NCBI GenBank assembly: GCA_964615425.1
Contig: CAZTOB010000002.1
Location: forward strand, 1-54,408
Length of the DNA: 54,408 nucleotides
Source of the DNA: an uncultured Candidatus Saccharibacteria bacterium
GTDB lineage: Bacteria > Patescibacteriota > Minisyncoccia > Minisyncoccales > CAYTKG01
Direction: 5' to 3'
The first letter of the stretch is position 1; each line of letters begins with the position of its first letter. Shown in pieces: positions 25,690 to 36,067 of this stretch. The notes under the pieces were generated by a model. That model ran no database searches. It was not told the DNA's origin and was given only the letters and a program-made list of their open reading frames with translations. Position numbers and translations under genes: made by a program.

Positions 25690-27312
25690 TTAGTTTTTTC
25701 TTCTAATGAAAAGACAAGGACTGCGGGCTATTATCACTCCCGCCTCGTCCTTTTTCAAAAACTCTTTGATGGTTGACTTTAAAGAATCAACTTCTTTTAC
25801 AGGATCCAAAACAGCCAAGTTTTTTACTCCCAACCCTCTAACAACCTGCTCAATCTTCATTTTTTCACCAGGGTTGGGCTGCTGTCCGGTCATAGCGGTT
25901 GTTCTGTTGTCCATAATAATAATCAAAGGATCGGACTCATTAAAAACCACATTGGCTAAACTTGTCATTCCGGAATGAAAAAACGTTGAATCTCCTATAA
26001 AAGCAACCACCTTTTGATCGGGCGAAGCCTTTTTAATGCCGTGCGCTATCCCAACTCCCGACCCCATGCAGGAAAGATAATCCTGCAGGCCAAGTTGAGG
26101 AATCCCGGCCAGCATATAACAACCTATATCCCCTCCAAAAACAACGTTTTCGCCTTCGGTAGCTTTTTTCACCGCTCCGAAAGTTGTCCAATAAGGACAT
26201 CCCGGACAAGGCCGGGGGCTTCTTGTGGAAACTTCAGACAAAGAAACTTGATTCTTTTTCATTTTCTTACCCGTAAAACTAACAAAGGCTTTTAAAACCA
26301 AGTCAGGAGTCAGTTCTCCAGTTTGGGGAATTAAATCTTTCCCCCTCACCAAAAGATTACAGTTTACTTCTTTCGCCAGCCGCTTAACGTCTTTTTCAAG
26401 GATGCCTTCAAGTTCTTCCACAACAAGAACTTTCTCTTTTCCTTTTAAAAACTTTTTTATTCTCTCCTCTTGAAGGGGAAAGAATAAATTATTTTTAAAA
26501 ACAGGCAAAGAAACATCTAAGTCCCGCATCGCTTCCAAGGCGTAAAGGTGAGAAACTCCAGAAGTTAGAACCCCCCATTTTTTTCTTTTGCCGGGAAAAA
26601 CATTATCTGTTTCAACGAACTTTCTTATTTTTTCTTCTTTAGCCAAAAGTTCTTTTTTCATCTCAAGAACTCGCGGCGGCATAGTAATGAACCTTTCGGG
26701 GTTTTTATGAAACTTTCCTTTGGGTTTTCCTTTGTCGGGAAGCCCCCTCAACTTTACGGGTGCTCTTTGGTGGGAAACTCTGGTTGTCAGCCTCACCACC
26801 ACCGGAAGATTGAACTTTTCCGAGATACGAAAAGCAAGCTTAGTAAATTCCTTAGCCTCCTCGGGAGTAGCCGGCTCCAAAGTCGGAACATGAGCTAAAC
26901 GATCCATAAAACGAGTGTTCTGTTCCGACTGAGCAGAACTATGACATGAAGGATCGTCTGAAACGGCCACAACGGTCGGCCCCACCGACCCGGTATAAAG
27001 AAAGGGGAGTAGAGCTTCCTGAGCCACGTTTTGGCCGAAATGCTTCATAGCCACCAATGTTTTAAGCCCTGAAAAGCTGGCCCCTACCCCTGCTTCCATA
27101 GCCGCTTTTTCATTGGTTGAGTATTCAAAATAAAAGGTTTTTTTCACCTTTTGGTCCGATTTTTTAATCAGATAAAAACTATTTCCGATTTCAGAGGCAG
27201 GGGTGCCTGGATAAGTCGAAACAAAATCAACCCCCGACTCCAAAGCGCCTCTTGTCACCGCTTCGTTTCCTAAAAGAACCGCCTTCCCTTTTTCTTTTAA
27301 AATGTTTTTCAT
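25690..27312 (-). CDS. iorA: Indolepyruvate:ferredoxin oxidoreductase alpha subunit-like (TPP-binding), no ferredoxin-type Cys motifs visible
   Basis: 540 aa with the N-terminal motif GNEAVTRGALESGVDFVSTYPGTPASEI, plus CPGCPY and GDIGCY/GDSTFFHSG TPP-domain motifs. Confidence 0.75.
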   Translation of the reverse strand: MKNILKEKGKAVLLGNEAVTRGALESGVDFVSTYPGTPASEIGNSFYLIKKSDQKVKKTFYFEYSTNEKAAMEAGVGASFSGLKTLVAMKHFGQNVAQEALLPFLYTGSVGPTVVAVSDDPSCHSSAQSEQNTRFMDRLAHVPTLEPATPEEAKEFTKLAFRISEKFNLPVVVRLTTRVSHQRAPVKLRGLPDKGKPKGKFHKNPERFITMPPRVLEMKKELLAKEEKIRKFVETDNVFPGKRKKWGVLTSGVSHLYALEAMRDLDVSLPVFKNNLFFPLQEERIKKFLKGKEKVLVVEELEGILEKDVKRLAKEVNCNLLVRGKDLIPQTGELTPDLVLKAFVSFTGKKMKKNQVSLSEVSTRSPRPCPGCPYWTTFGAVKKATEGENVVFGGDIGCYMLAGIPQLGLQDYLSCMGSGVGIAHGIKKASPDQKVVAFIGDSTFFHSGMTSLANVVFNESDPLIIIMDNRTTAMTGQQPNPGEKMKIEQVVRGLGVKNLAVLDPVKEVDSLKSTIKEFLKKDEAGVIIARSPCLFIRRKN

Positions 27313-27334
27313 ATTGGTATTATAACATAAACTT

Positions 27335-29167
27335 TTATTCCACCGTGACCGACTTGGCCAAGTTCCGGGGCTTGTCTACGTTGAAGCCTTTAGCAACTCC
27401 GGCGTAGTAAGCAAAAAGCTGGAGAGGCACAACGTTTAAAAGAGGAGAAAGAACTTCCAGAGTAGGAGGAGCAAACAAAACGTCATCAGCTATTTTCTTA
27501 ATTTTTTCATCTCCTTCCGTCGCCAGGGCTAAAACCCTGCCCCCCCTCGCCTTAATCTCTTCGATGTTGGAAATGGTTTTTCCGTAAACACTGTCTTTGG
27601 GACAGAGAGCGAAAGTGGGAAAATCTTCATCAATCAACGCTATAGGGCCGTGCTTCATTTCCGCAGCCTCATAGCCTTCGGCGTGAATATAGGAAACTTC
27701 TTTTAACTTCAAGGCTCCCTCCAAAGCAGCCGGGTAGCTGTATTTTCTTCCTATGTAATAGAAGTTGTCATACTTCGCATACCGCTCGGCCAACTTTTTT
27801 ATACCCTCTCTTTTCTCTAAAATGAGCTCTATCTTTTTGGGAACTCTTTCCAGTTCTTCAGCAATCATTTTTGCTCTCTTTCTGCTCAAACCTCTTTTAC
27901 GCCCCCAAAAAAGAGAGTAAAGGGTAAGAGCCGCCAATTGGCAAATAAAGGCCTTGGTGGAGGCAACGCTGATCTCAGGACCGGCGTGAAGATAGGTTCC
28001 GGCTTGCGTCTTTCGAGCAATGGAAGAACCGACAACATTAACGATACCCATTGTTAACAAACCGGCTTCTTCAGCCTTGCTAAGTGCAGCCAGTGTGTCA
28101 GCTGTTTCTCCCGACTGAGAAACAGCCATGAAAACGGTGCCTTTTTCCAAGGGCCTTTTTCTGTATCTAAACTCGGGGGCATAAGCTGCCTCCGTCGGTA
28201 TCCCTCCCACCTCTTCTAAAATATACTTTCCAGCTAAAGAAGCAAAATATGAGGTGCCGCAGGCTGAAAGGATGAGACGATTTGCCGCCTCAAGTTCTTT
28301 TTCCACCTCTTCCGCACCACCCAGTCTCACCTCTCCCTTATTAGAAACCACCCTTCCCCGCAAAGTATTTTGAAGAGCTTTAGGTTCTTCAAAAATCTCC
28401 TTCAGCATAAAATGGGGGAAGCCTGATTTTTGAGCATCCTCGATCTCCCACTCTATCTCCTTTATTAATTTTTTTCTTTCATTTAAATTAAGGTCCGTAA
28501 TCACCGCGTCGCCAGAGGTTAAAATAGCCATCTCCCCGTCTTTTAAATAAATAACTCTTTTTGTTTTTGGAATAATGGCCGAGGCGTCGGAGGCGACCAA
28601 GTTTTCCCCCTCCCCCAACCCGACAAGAACAGGGGAGGAGTTACGAGCGGCCACTATTTTACCGGGATCACCAGCGGAAAGAACAGCAAGCCCATAAGTT
28701 CCCTCAACTAATTTAAGAGCTCTTTTCAAAGCTTCCTCCAAGTTTCCTTCGAAGAACTTCTCAACTAAATGAGCCAATACTTCGGTGTCGGTCTCAGAGG
28801 TAAATTCGTGCCCCTCTTTTTCAAGACGACTTTTTAAAACTTTGTAGTTTTCAATAATTCCGTTGTGAACCAGAAATATATTCTTCGAACAACCAAAATG
28901 AGGGTGAGCATTTTCTTCCGTCACCCCGCCGTGGGTCGCCCATCGGGTGTGAAAGATAGCGGGAGAACCACGAAAAGAGTTTTTTTTAAATTTCTTTTCC
29001 AAGTTAACAATCTTCCCGGTGGCTTTAAGCCACTCCATCTTTTCTTCTTTCTCATTCCAAGCAGCCATCCCGGCCGAATCATACCCCCTGTATTCCAAAC
29101 GAGACAAAAGATCAAGCCCCGCCCGGGGATCTTTTTCCCTGCCGATGTAACCCACGATGCCGCACAT
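27335..29167 (-). CDS. glmS: Glutamine--fructose-6-phosphate aminotransferase (isomerising)
   Basis: MCGIVGYIG is the Ntn amidotransferase start, followed by two SIS domains and the C-terminus ...NLAKSVTVE. Confidence 0.95.
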   Translation of the reverse strand: MCGIVGYIGREKDPRAGLDLLSRLEYRGYDSAGMAAWNEKEEKMEWLKATGKIVNLEKKFKKNSFRGSPAIFHTRWATHGGVTEENAHPHFGCSKNIFLVHNGIIENYKVLKSRLEKEGHEFTSETDTEVLAHLVEKFFEGNLEEALKRALKLVEGTYGLAVLSAGDPGKIVAARNSSPVLVGLGEGENLVASDASAIIPKTKRVIYLKDGEMAILTSGDAVITDLNLNERKKLIKEIEWEIEDAQKSGFPHFMLKEIFEEPKALQNTLRGRVVSNKGEVRLGGAEEVEKELEAANRLILSACGTSYFASLAGKYILEEVGGIPTEAAYAPEFRYRKRPLEKGTVFMAVSQSGETADTLAALSKAEEAGLLTMGIVNVVGSSIARKTQAGTYLHAGPEISVASTKAFICQLAALTLYSLFWGRKRGLSRKRAKMIAEELERVPKKIELILEKREGIKKLAERYAKYDNFYYIGRKYSYPAALEGALKLKEVSYIHAEGYEAAEMKHGPIALIDEDFPTFALCPKDSVYGKTISNIEEIKARGGRVLALATEGDEKIKKIADDVLFAPPTLEVLSPLLNVVPLQLFAYYAGVAKGFNVDKPRNLAKSVTVE

Positions 29168-29169
29168 AT

Positions 29170-31644
29170 TCAGTCTGTTACAAAATTAATTAACTTATCA
29201 GGAACGTAAACTGTTTTTTTCACCTTTTTTCCCTTCAACCATTTTTTAACTCTTTTTTCTCTCAATGCTTTCTTCTCAGCATCTTCTTCGGAAAGACCCG
29301 CTTCAGCTTTCACCCTGCCCCGAACCTTGCCGTCTACTTGAATGATTAAAGTAGTTTCCTTTTTTTGCGCCATTTTTTCACTGTAAGAAGGCCAAGATGA
29401 CTTATGTATACTTTCTTTTTTTCCAATTTCACTCCAAAATTCTTCCGCTAAGTGAGGGGCGAAGGGGGCAATAAGCTTCAACAAGTTTTTTAAATCTTTT
29501 AAAGAAAACTTTTCACCTTCCGCCTCGTTTAAAAACTCCATCATTTTAGCCACGGCGGTGTTAAACTTCATCTCCTCAATGTCTTCTCCCACATCTCTTA
29601 TCAATCGGTGCAGTTTTCTCTTTAGATCTTTTTCGGTTTCTTCTTTTTTTTCCAGCTTTTCTTCTGCAAAAGAGTAAAGTCTGCTTAAAAAACGGAAAAC
29701 GCCCCTGATTCCCGAGTCCTGCCAAGGGAAAGTACCGTCATAAGGACCAATAAAAGCCAGGTAAGTTCTTAAGGCGTCCGCTCCATATTTTTCTATTATC
29801 TCCCCCGGTAGAATATAATTTCCTTTTGACTTGGACATTTTACGGTGGTCTTCTCCGAGAATAAGACCCCTGTTTCTACGTCGAAGATAAGGTTCTTTAC
29901 CCGGCACCTTGCCGATATCGTTTAAAAACTTATGCCAAAAGCGGGAATAAAGAAGGTGCAAGGTTGTATGTTCAGCTCCGCCGATATAAATATCGACCGG
30001 CATCCAGTGTTCCAACTTTTCTATGTCAGCCAAATCTTCATCGTTTCCCGGATCACAATATCTCAGGTAATACCAGGATGAGCCGGCCCAGTTGGGCATC
30101 GTGTCGGTTTCTCTTTCCGCCACCCCGCCGCAGTGAGGACATTTTGTCTCAACCCAGTCTTTCATTTCAGCCAGAGGAGATTCCCCCGTATCTGTCGGTT
30201 CGTAATTTTCAACCTCGGGAAGTTCTAAGGGAAGCTCTCTTTTTGATATTGGAAACCACCCGGCGAGATCCTCAGAAGGTGAAAAATTAGGTTCAAAATC
30301 ACACACGTCCCAATAAGTTTTTCCCTCCTTGGCACACTTTTCACAATAAACCATGGGGATCGGCTCCCCCCAGTAATGCTGCCGGGAGAAAATCCAGTCT
30401 CGAAGATGATAATCCACCGCTTTTGAAGCCAACCCTCTTTCTTCTAAATCTTGAACTATTTTTTCTCCAGCATCTTTAGAGTTCATTCCGTTGTATCCTT
30501 CGGTATTAATAACCTTACCTTCTCCGCTAAAACACTTCTTCTCCGTTTCAGAATCATGTTTTATCACCTCCCTGATTTCTAAACCATGTTTTTTAGCAAA
30601 AGCAAAGTCACGCTCATCATGAGCAGGAACACCCATAAGAGCCCCGGTCCCGTAATCCATCATAACGTAGTCAGCTACAAAAACCGGAATTTCCTCTCCA
30701 GTTAAGGGGTTTCTTACAAACCCGCCGGTGGGAACTCCGGTCTTTTCCCTGTCTTGAGATTTTCTTTCCAAATCCATCTTGTTTTTGGCCTCTTCTACGT
30801 ATTTTTCAACCCTTTTCTTATTTTCATCCGTCGTCAATTCAAAAACTTTCGGGTGCTCCGGAGCCAAAACAAAAAAGGTAGCTCCTCCCAAAGTATCAGG
30901 CCGGGTGGTAAAAACTGAGATCGCTCCTTCCTTGGAAGCCAAAGGAAAATCTATTTTAGCTCCCCTTGAACGACCGATCCAATTCCGCTGGGCCGACACA
31001 ATAGATTCATCAAAATCAACCAAGTCAAGCTCGTCTATAAGGCGGTCGGCATAAGCAGTGATTTTTAAAAGCCACTGAGAAATCTTTCTCTGTTCAACTT
31101 CAGCCCCGCACCTTTCACAGGTTCCGTTTATCACTTCTTCGTTGGCCAAGCCTATCTTGCACGAAGGACACCAATTTATATCCATCTTCTCCTTGTAGGC
31201 TAACCCGTGTTTGAACATTTCCCGGAAAATCCACTGAGTCCATTTGTAATAACCCGGGTCGGTGGTGTTTATCTCTCTATCCCAGTTAAACCCCAGTCCC
31301 AAATTTTTCATTTGACGACGGAAGTTGTCGGTATTTTTCTTGGTCGCTTCTCTCGGATGAATCCCGGTTCTTATGGCAAAATTCTCCGTGGGAAGACCGA
31401 AAGCGTCCCATCCTATAGGAGAAAGAACGTTTTTTCCCTCCATCCTTTTCTTGCGGGCAAAAAAATCCAAAAGAACATAATTGAAGCAATGCCCAAGGTG
31501 AAGACCCGAGCCGGAAGGGTAGGGAAACTCAACCAAAGCGTAATACTTTTCTTTTTCCGACTGATCCTCAGCCTTAAAAAATCCTTTCTCATCCCAGTAG
31601 TTTTGCCACTTTTTTTCTATTTTTTTAGGATTGTAACTTGACAT
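29170..31644 (-). CDS. leuS: Leucine--tRNA ligase
   Basis: 824 aa with a HLGH (HIGH) motif, KMSKSKGN, and zinc-binding Cys clusters in the CP1/editing region. Confidence 0.95.
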   Translation of the reverse strand: MSSYNPKKIEKKWQNYWDEKGFFKAEDQSEKEKYYALVEFPYPSGSGLHLGHCFNYVLLDFFARKKRMEGKNVLSPIGWDAFGLPTENFAIRTGIHPREATKKNTDNFRRQMKNLGLGFNWDREINTTDPGYYKWTQWIFREMFKHGLAYKEKMDINWCPSCKIGLANEEVINGTCERCGAEVEQRKISQWLLKITAYADRLIDELDLVDFDESIVSAQRNWIGRSRGAKIDFPLASKEGAISVFTTRPDTLGGATFFVLAPEHPKVFELTTDENKKRVEKYVEEAKNKMDLERKSQDREKTGVPTGGFVRNPLTGEEIPVFVADYVMMDYGTGALMGVPAHDERDFAFAKKHGLEIREVIKHDSETEKKCFSGEGKVINTEGYNGMNSKDAGEKIVQDLEERGLASKAVDYHLRDWIFSRQHYWGEPIPMVYCEKCAKEGKTYWDVCDFEPNFSPSEDLAGWFPISKRELPLELPEVENYEPTDTGESPLAEMKDWVETKCPHCGGVAERETDTMPNWAGSSWYYLRYCDPGNDEDLADIEKLEHWMPVDIYIGGAEHTTLHLLYSRFWHKFLNDIGKVPGKEPYLRRRNRGLILGEDHRKMSKSKGNYILPGEIIEKYGADALRTYLAFIGPYDGTFPWQDSGIRGVFRFLSRLYSFAEEKLEKKEETEKDLKRKLHRLIRDVGEDIEEMKFNTAVAKMMEFLNEAEGEKFSLKDLKNLLKLIAPFAPHLAEEFWSEIGKKESIHKSSWPSYSEKMAQKKETTLIIQVDGKVRGRVKAEAGLSEEDAEKKALREKRVKKWLKGKKVKKTVYVPDKLINFVTD

Positions 31645-31656
31645 ATCTTCTTATTA

Positions 31657-33123
31657 CTACTTTATCCTAGGAAAAAGAGATTCTCCCCTCCGAGGTGAAA
31701 CGGTCCAATCTTTTTTTTCTTCTTCTTTCACCCCAAGGCGGAAAAGAATCCTAGAAGAAGTTTGAGGCAGGAAGGGTTTCAAAAGAACCCCGATTTCCAA
31801 AAGAGAAGCCAGAAGGTTTTTTAAAACCTTTTTATCCCCTGTTTCCCACGGTTTCTTTTCATCGACGTATCTGTCACAAAAAGAAACCAAACCCCAAACG
31901 GCAGCCAAAGCCCGGTGAAAATGATAGTCCTTGACGCTTCGCCCGACCTCAAGGGAAACGCTTTGAAACTTTTTTTCAAAAACTTCATTCGGTTGAGCTT
32001 CAACTTTTCCTTCGAACTCTTTTTCAGCCAAGGTCAAAACTCTGCTTACCAAATTACCCAGTCCGTCCGCCAAATCCCCATTATATCTTTTTTCAAACTT
32101 TTCGTAAGTGAAATCACCGTCTTGAAAAGGGGATATCTCCCTCAAGAAAAAGTAACGGACCGCTTCGCTTCCGTATTGATGAATCAAGTCAATCGGATTA
32201 ACGACGTTGCCGATTGTTTTCGACATCTTTTGTCCTTCAACCGTAACATAGTCATGAACAAAGATACGGCGGGGGAGAGGAACTCCGGCTGAAAGAAGAA
32301 AAGCGGGCCAATAAACAGCGTGAAACCGGAGAATGCCTTTTCCTATCACGTGGATATCTGCCGGCCAAAACTTGGAAAATAAATCATTCTCCCGCCCGTA
32401 ACCGAGAGCAGTGATGTAGTTGGCCAAAGCGTCCATCCAGCAGTAGATTATCTGATCTTTGTCCTCGGGTACGGGAACTCCCCACCCTTTCATTCTTTCC
32501 GCTGGACGAGAGATGCTGAAATCTTCCAATCCGCTTTCGATAAAACTCAAGACTTCCTTTTTTCTTTTCTCGGGAACAATTTTCAAACCATCGTTTTCAA
32601 TCAATCTTTTCAACTTGTCTTGATACTTGGAAAGACGGAAAAAGTAATTTTCCTCCGAAACTTTCTCCGGCTCTTTCAAATGCTCGGGACACTTACCGTC
32701 CACCAAATCCTTTTTGGTGACAAAAGCCTCACACCCGACGCAATAAAACCCGCTGTATTTCTTTTTGTATATATCTCCGTTTTCAAAACACTTTTCCCAT
32801 AGCTTTTGAACCCCCGGCCAATGTTTTTTTCTATCGCTGGTTCTGATAAAATCATCAAAGCTGATATCTAAAAGATCAGCCATTTCTTTAAAGCTTTGCG
32901 CGTTTTCTTGAATAAATTCTTCTACAGGAACACCTCTTTTTTCAGCCGCTAGCACGTTTTTTTGGGCATTTTCGTCAGTCCCCCCCAAAAAGAAAACTTC
33001 CTCTCCGCTTAAACGGTGAAAGCGGGCTAAAACATCTGCTTCTATTTTTTCCAAGGCGTGGCCGATGTGGGGCTTGCCGTTTACATAGTCTATGGCGGTT
33101 GTAATGTAGTAATTCTTTTTCAT
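31657..33123 (-). CDS. metG: Methionine--tRNA ligase (short form, no C-terminal tRNA-binding domain)
   Basis: 488 aa with HIGH-type GHALE, KMSKTIGN and a CxxC...C knuckle (CVGCEAF..CPEH). Confidence 0.92.
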   Translation of the reverse strand: MKKNYYITTAIDYVNGKPHIGHALEKIEADVLARFHRLSGEEVFFLGGTDENAQKNVLAAEKRGVPVEEFIQENAQSFKEMADLLDISFDDFIRTSDRKKHWPGVQKLWEKCFENGDIYKKKYSGFYCVGCEAFVTKKDLVDGKCPEHLKEPEKVSEENYFFRLSKYQDKLKRLIENDGLKIVPEKRKKEVLSFIESGLEDFSISRPAERMKGWGVPVPEDKDQIIYCWMDALANYITALGYGRENDLFSKFWPADIHVIGKGILRFHAVYWPAFLLSAGVPLPRRIFVHDYVTVEGQKMSKTIGNVVNPIDLIHQYGSEAVRYFFLREISPFQDGDFTYEKFEKRYNGDLADGLGNLVSRVLTLAEKEFEGKVEAQPNEVFEKKFQSVSLEVGRSVKDYHFHRALAAVWGLVSFCDRYVDEKKPWETGDKKVLKNLLASLLEIGVLLKPFLPQTSSRILFRLGVKEEEKKDWTVSPRRGESLFPRIK

Positions 33124-33782
33124 ATTTTAACTATTATGGTAAACTCCCCCTTTACATCATCATTTTTAATGTTTTCCATCACTTCGTCAAGCCTGCCCCT
33201 GTAAATTGTTTCGTATTTTTTCGTTAATTCCCGGCCCACCACTACTTCCTTTTCTCCCGCCGTTTCCTTTAATTCCTTAAGGGTTTTAATAATCCGGTAT
33301 TTAGCTTCAAAAAAAACGACCGGATGGGTTGACTCCGCCACCTCTTTAAAAAAGCTCTTTCTTTTGTTCTTCTTGGGCGGATAACCTAAAAACAAAAACC
33401 GATCCATGAAAAACCCGCTCACCGAAGCAAGGGCCAGGATGGAAGAGGGACCGGGAACAGGAGATATCCTCGTTTCGGGTCTTTTTTCTAAAATGAATTG
33501 AATCAGCTTCCCCCCGGGATCGCTGACTCCCGGGGTGCCCGCATCAGAGACCAAAGCTAAGTTCTTCTCTTCTTCCAGCAAGCGAACGATTTTTTTCTTT
33601 TTTCCCAGCCGGCTGTGGAAGTGATAACTTTCCGTCGGTGTATCAATTTCGTAATAATTTAAAAGCTTTTTTGTCCGCCGCTGATCCTCGCATAAAACCA
33701 AATCAACTTCTTTTAAAACTTCCAGGGCTCTTTTTGTGATGTCTTTCAGGTTCCCAATTGGGGTGGCAACGACATAAAACAT
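33120..33782 (-). CDS. rsmI: 16S rRNA (cytidine1402-2'-O)-methyltransferase
   Basis: FYVVATPIGNLKDIT and SDAGTPGVSDPG are tetrapyrrole-methylase-fold motifs. The ATG at 33780-33782 is preferred over the TTG at 33797. Confidence 0.88.
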   Translation of the reverse strand: MFYVVATPIGNLKDITKRALEVLKEVDLVLCEDQRRTKKLLNYYEIDTPTESYHFHSRLGKKKKIVRLLEEEKNLALVSDAGTPGVSDPGGKLIQFILEKRPETRISPVPGPSSILALASVSGFFMDRFLFLGYPPKKNKRKSFFKEVAESTHPVVFFEAKYRIIKTLKELKETAGEKEVVVGRELTKKYETIYRGRLDEVMENIKNDDVKGEFTIIVKI

Positions 33783-33783
33783 G

Positions 33784-34812
33784 TTAGGCTTCTTCAACTT
33801 CTATTCTTTCCGATTCCTGCTTTTTTGAAAAAGCTTTTATAAACTCAACGATGATCCCCACCAGAGGAACCATCAGAATGGATCCCAGCAGCCCGAAAAG
33901 CTTCCCCCCTGCAGCCAAACTAACCAAAACCAAAACAGGAGAAAGACCCACCAGCTTCTTGGTTAAAAGGGGCCCGATGATATTGTTTTCAATCTGCTGA
34001 AGGATGAAATAAACGGCGACCGCGAGAATGGCCCGGGGTAGAGAATCAAGAGAAACGATCATGAAAATGGCTATTGAAGAAACCGCCGGGCCGATCATAG
34101 GAATAAAATCCGCTATCCCGGCTAAGACCCCCAAAGAAAGAGGGTAATCTGTCCCGATGAGAAGAAAGGAGATATAAGATGTGACCCCGAGAAAGATGCA
34201 GCCGATTATAATCTTGAAAAACCAGAAGCCGACTCTTCTTTCCGCCCGGTCCCAAACTTTTTTCACCCACTCCCTTTTTCTTTGTGGAAAGGCAATAACT
34301 AAGGCATCTTCTATCTCTTTTCCTCCAAGGGAAATAAAAAGCGCAATAGAAAGAACAAACACCGTAGAAGCCAGCCCTCCGAAAAAAGAAAAGAAAACAT
34401 TAAGAACATTTGACCTTAAAACAACGGCTAACTCTTCCAAGTAAGTGGTAAATGTTTCTATGTCTTCAAAAGCATCAAAACCAAGTCTGCGCAAAGGAGG
34501 GGAAATTTGTTCGAAATAAACAGGAAAAAGGTTCAAGAAATCTTTAACCTCTTCAACCAAAGAAGAAATGGGAAGATAAATCAAAAAAGAAAGAAGAGCA
34601 AAGGTGGCAACATACAAAAAAACAGTGGCCAGAGGACGAGAGGTATAACGAGAAAGCTTTTTAATAGGGCCTTCAAAAAGCATAGCGATAACAAGCCCGA
34701 AAACAGCAAGAATCAGAATATCCTGCACTAAAAAAACTAAATAAGAAGCGAAAAAAACAAGAACCAGCCTCAATATCGCTCCCCATGAAAGTTCCAAAAG
34801 TTGTTTTTCCAT
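33784..34812 (-). CDS. AI-2E family transporter (PerM-like permease)
   Basis: 342 aa and polytopic. The conserved tail pattern IPMIGPAVS...GGKLFGLLGSILMVP is typical of this family. Confidence 0.75.
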   Translation of the reverse strand: MEKQLLELSWGAILRLVLVFFASYLVFLVQDILILAVFGLVIAMLFEGPIKKLSRYTSRPLATVFLYVATFALLSFLIYLPISSLVEEVKDFLNLFPVYFEQISPPLRRLGFDAFEDIETFTTYLEELAVVLRSNVLNVFFSFFGGLASTVFVLSIALFISLGGKEIEDALVIAFPQRKREWVKKVWDRAERRVGFWFFKIIIGCIFLGVTSYISFLLIGTDYPLSLGVLAGIADFIPMIGPAVSSIAIFMIVSLDSLPRAILAVAVYFILQQIENNIIGPLLTKKLVGLSPVLVLVSLAAGGKLFGLLGSILMVPLVGIIVEFIKAFSKKQESERIEVEEA

Positions 34813-34813
34813 A

Positions 34814-36067
34814 TTAAATGTTTAATATTCCTTTTAAATTTTCTTTTGTTTTCCCTATCAAAGCCAGGTTTAAATTCTTTGGTTTAAAGATATGCCGGGC
34901 CGTTTCTTTAACCGCCTCCAAGCTAACTTCCTCTATTCTTTCAAAAACCTCTTCGGGTGTTAAAACTTCTTCTTTTAAAACCTCCTGTTTGCCGAAAAAA
35001 GACGCCTGCTCGCTTGAAGACTCGAGGCTCAAGGCTAAAGAGCCTTTCAAGTACTCCTTGCCTCTTTGAAGTTCTTCGGCAGTAATTCCTTTTTCTCGCA
35101 CTTTTTTGTATTCTTCCACTATGATCGAGGCCGCTTGTTTGGTTTTATCTTTGTCAACCCCGGCTAAAGTAACTAAGTAACCGGAATCGGTGTAGTTTTG
35201 AGAAATGGTGTAAACGTTGTAAGCCAGCCCCGCCCCCCTTATCTTCAAAAATAAACGAGAGCTCATCATACCCCCGAGTACTTTGGCTAAGACAGCTTGA
35301 GAAAACCTCTCTTCATCAAACATGTTAAACCCTCTCACTCCCAAGGCTAAGTGGTTCTGGTCGGTTCTTTTTTCTTCCATGAGAAACCCGGGTGAATTTT
35401 GTTCTTCTTTAACTCTTTTTTTAGCTGCAGAAGAACCGCCTCTCGCGCTTTCAAAATACTTTTCCATCAACTTCAAACCTTTTTCCTCCTTGAAGTTCCC
35501 CGCCAATACAACAACGGTGTCTTGAGCTAGATAATGACTTTCGAAAAAAGACCTCATTTTTTTACTGTTGATGCTTTCTATCGTTTCTTTTTCACCCAGA
35601 ACACGCCTTCCGGCTGGTTGATCACCGTAAAGAAGTTTTTCCCAGACGTTTTCAATGTAAACACGGGGGGTGTCAAGATACATATTAATCTCCTCCACGA
35701 TCACACCTTTTTCCCTTTCAACGTCTTCCGGGTTCATTTTGGGGTGAAGATAAATATCGCTTATCCACCTTAAAGCCTTTTTCAGATGAAGCGAGTTTAC
35801 TTTGGCCCAGTAGCCGGTGTGTTCCTTGCCGGTGAAAGCGTTAAACTTTCCTCCTATCTTATCTAAAGCCTCAGCTACTTCAAACTCCGTCGGGTAAAGA
35901 CTGCTCCCCTTAAAAAGCATGTGTTCTATAAAATGAGAAATTCCACTTTCTTGCTTCTTCTCATATTTGGACCCATTTTTAACAAGCACTAAAACAGCAG
36001 CTGTTTTGACATCTTTCATCGGCACAGACAAAAAACGGACTTCTGATTTTAGTCTTTCTTTTTTCAT
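34814..36067 (-). CDS. M16-family zinc peptidase (insulinase/pitrilysin-like)
   Basis: The inverted zinc motif HFIEHMLFKG (HxxEH) is present in a 417-aa two-domain protein. Confidence 0.88.
   Translation of the reverse strand: MKKERLKSEVRFLSVPMKDVKTAAVLVLVKNGSKYEKKQESGISHFIEHMLFKGSSLYPTEFEVAEALDKIGGKFNAFTGKEHTGYWAKVNSLHLKKALRWISDIYLHPKMNPEDVEREKGVIVEEINMYLDTPRVYIENVWEKLLYGDQPAGRRVLGEKETIESINSKKMRSFFESHYLAQDTVVVLAGNFKEEKGLKLMEKYFESARGGSSAAKKRVKEEQNSPGFLMEEKRTDQNHLALGVRGFNMFDEERFSQAVLAKVLGGMMSSRLFLKIRGAGLAYNVYTISQNYTDSGYLVTLAGVDKDKTKQAASIIVEEYKKVREKGITAEELQRGKEYLKGSLALSLESSSEQASFFGKQEVLKEEVLTPEEVFERIEEVSLEAVKETARHIFKPKNLNLALIGKTKENLKGILNI

Noticed and set aside
29160-29175. I looked for a glmS ribozyme/riboswitch upstream of glmS.
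   Set aside because: The glmS start (29167) is only 2 nt from the leuS stop (29170), so there is no room for the roughly 170-nt ribozyme.
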